Both the position numbers and the translations under genes were made by a program. Below, one piece after another: positions 62,285 to 64,000 of a stretch of 64,000 bases of DNA. Source of the stretch: an uncultured delta proteobacterium (GTDB lineage Bacteria > Desulfobacterota > BSN033 > UBA1163); the NCBI GenBank assembly GCA_963708295.1, contig CAVPSJ010000008.1, positions 128,001-192,000 on the forward strand, given 5' to 3'. The notes under the pieces are model-generated. The model saw only the letters and a list, made by a program, of their open reading frames with translations, was not told the DNA's origin and made no database searches. Numbering within the stretch: the first letter of the stretch is position 1; each line of letters starts with the position of its first letter.

Positions 62285-63112
62285 ATGGATGAAAAAAAAG
62301 AAAAAGAACTGGAGAGGGCTCCCCGGGGACTCAGGGATTTTTTGAGCCCGAGGGAGCCCCTCCCGAAAAGCCTCTATCTCATCCTTGCCCTCAGCAGTTT
62401 TGCCTTCTTCCTTCTCCTGTGGTCGATTCTCACCTACGGAAGATTTGTCGACGCCTTGTTTCTTCCCTCTCCGGGAAGGGTTTTCCAGGCGGGTGTGGAC
62501 CTCTTCCTGGAATTCGAGTTCGCGACCGACATCCTCAACAGTGTTTACCGGGTGATGATGGGATTTTTCATCGCAGCGATTATCGGCGTTCCCATCGGTT
62601 TGATTATGGGGACCTTCAAAGCGGCAGAGGCCTTGACCGAACCCGTGGTGGGGTTCATTCGATATATGCCTGCCTCTGCCTTTATCCCTCTGTTCATCCT
62701 CTGGCTGGGAATCGGCGATGTTGAAAAGATTGCCATTATCTTTGTCGGGAGCTTTTTCCAGCTCGTCCTGATGGTGGCGGTCGTCGCCAAGAACGTGCAT
62801 AAGGACTTGTTGGAGACGGCCTATACGCTGGGAGCAAGGCGGTTTCAAGTGATCCGGAAGGTCCTTCTTCCGGCCAGTCTCCCGGGGATTGTCGACACGC
62901 TGAGAATCATCGTCGGATGGGCTTGGACGTATATCATCGTCGCTGAACTGGTCGCCTCTGCTTCGGGGATCGGCTATATGATCATCAGCTCCCAGAGGAT
63001 GCTCCGTACAGGAAATATCATCTTCGGGATTCTTACGATCGGAATGCTGGGTCTCCTCACGGACTTTTTCTCGAAATGGGTTTATAATAGATTATTTCCG
63101 TGGGTGGAATGA
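62285..63112 (+). CDS. NitT/TauT-family ABC permease
   Basis: LPSP, RYMPASAFIPL, AYTLGA, VAELV. Confidence 0.92.
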   Translation: MDEKKEKELERAPRGLRDFLSPREPLPKSLYLILALSSFAFFLLLWSILTYGRFVDALFLPSPGRVFQAGVDLFLEFEFATDILNSVYRVMMGFFIAAIIGVPIGLIMGTFKAAEALTEPVVGFIRYMPASAFIPLFILWLGIGDVEKIAIIFVGSFFQLVLMVAVVAKNVHKDLLETAYTLGARRFQVIRKVLLPASLPGIVDTLRIIVGWAWTYIIVAELVASASGIGYMIISSQRMLRTGNIIFGILTIGMLGLLTDFFSKWVYNRLFPWVE

Positions 63113-63122
63113 GAAGGTAAAG

Positions 63123-63920
63123 GTGGAAGAAGGGGCCAAACTCCACGTCCATAACGTTTCCAAGATCTACCGCTCGGATGGTCAGGAAGTGATGGCCATT
63201 GATGAGATCGATCTCAAGATAAGGAACAAGGAGTTTGCAACGATCCTGGGCCCCTCGGGCTGCGGAAAGTCCACGCTCCTTCGCATTGTGGCTGGGCTGA
63301 TCAAGCCGACGCGAGGAGTGGTCAGACTGGATGGGAATGTGATCGGCGGACCGGGGCAGGATCGCGGGATGGTCTTTCAGAGCTATACCCTCTTTCCCTG
63401 GCTCACGGTGAAAGAGAATATTCAGTTCGGGCTCGAGATCTCAGGGATGTCAAAAACGCAACAGGAACAGGTCGGTCAAGAGTTCGTGGAGAAAGTTGGC
63501 CTGAAAGGGTTTGAACGGACTTACCCGAAAGGGCTTTCCGGAGGGATGAAGCAGAGGGTTGCCATCGCAAGAGCTCTGGCCAACAATCCTGCCATTTTGC
63601 TGCTGGATGAGCCCTTCGGGGCCTTGGATGCTCAGACGCGGTCACTCATGCAGGAGCTTCTCACCCAGGTCTGGGAGGAACTTCATAAGACCATCCTTTT
63701 TGTTACCCACGATGTGGAGGAGGCCATCTTCCTTTCGGATCGGGTCTTTGTCATGACCGCCAGACCGGGGAAGATCAAGGCCGAGATTGACATCCCTTTG
63801 GAGCGGCCCAGAAGTTACGAGCTCAAGTCCACGGAGGCTTTCCTCAACCTAAAAAAACGGGCTCTCGCCCTCATCCGGGAGGAAGCGATCAAAGCGACGC
63901 TGGGGAAAGAGTCCATCTGA
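63123..63920 (+). CDS. NitT/TauT-family ABC ATPase
   Basis: GPSGCGKST, LSGGMKQR, DEPFGALD, VTHDVEEA. Confidence 0.94.
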   Translation: MEEGAKLHVHNVSKIYRSDGQEVMAIDEIDLKIRNKEFATILGPSGCGKSTLLRIVAGLIKPTRGVVRLDGNVIGGPGQDRGMVFQSYTLFPWLTVKENIQFGLEISGMSKTQQEQVGQEFVEKVGLKGFERTYPKGLSGGMKQRVAIARALANNPAILLLDEPFGALDAQTRSLMQELLTQVWEELHKTILFVTHDVEEAIFLSDRVFVMTARPGKIKAEIDIPLERPRSYELKSTEAFLNLKKRALALIREEAIKATLGKESI

Positions 63921-64000
63921 TTCGGCCAGGTTGGGAGGGTTATTCGCAGCCCTTGTCCCAGAGCAGAAGAGAGAGGAGAAGATGAGTTGAACGCAGAGAA

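Overview
Anaerobic bacterial genomic DNA. Gene content and intergenic repeat style suggest Desulfobacterota/'Deltaproteobacteria' (inference). About 20 single-base frameshifts cluster in 1-32 kb and are probably long-read assembly errors. From left to right: (1) an oxalate oxidoreductase-type 2-oxoacid:ferredoxin oxidoreductase operon with a CDC48-like AAA ATPase, a FadR regulator and a TctC; (2) a serine/alanine-glyoxylate aminotransferase with TctCBA and an orphan ModA/WtpA-like binder; (3) a GntR-led redox operon with a CO-dehydrogenase homologue that keeps its B/D-cluster cysteines but has lost nearly all C-cluster ligands, plus CooF, an FAD/NAD oxidoreductase and two paralogous copies of an uncharacterised Fe-S/Cys-His protein pair; (4) moaA-moaC-MOSC-mogA under a Moco riboswitch; (5) an Fe3+/sugar-phosphate-type ABC transporter with a PiT transporter and a HAD phosphatase; (6) an accessory island (34.4-41.6 kb) containing a 2.1-kb two-tyrosine-recombinase element with 16-bp terminal inverted repeats and 7-bp flanking direct repeats, an attC-flanked two-gene cassette with a HEPN-like motif, and an MNT-HEPN toxin-antitoxin pair between duplicated glpC 3' ends; (7) glpABC, two histidine kinases, a Liv-type ABC transporter with hutU, and a NitT/TauT ABC transporter. 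Intergenic regions carry many nested short-period palindromic repeats.
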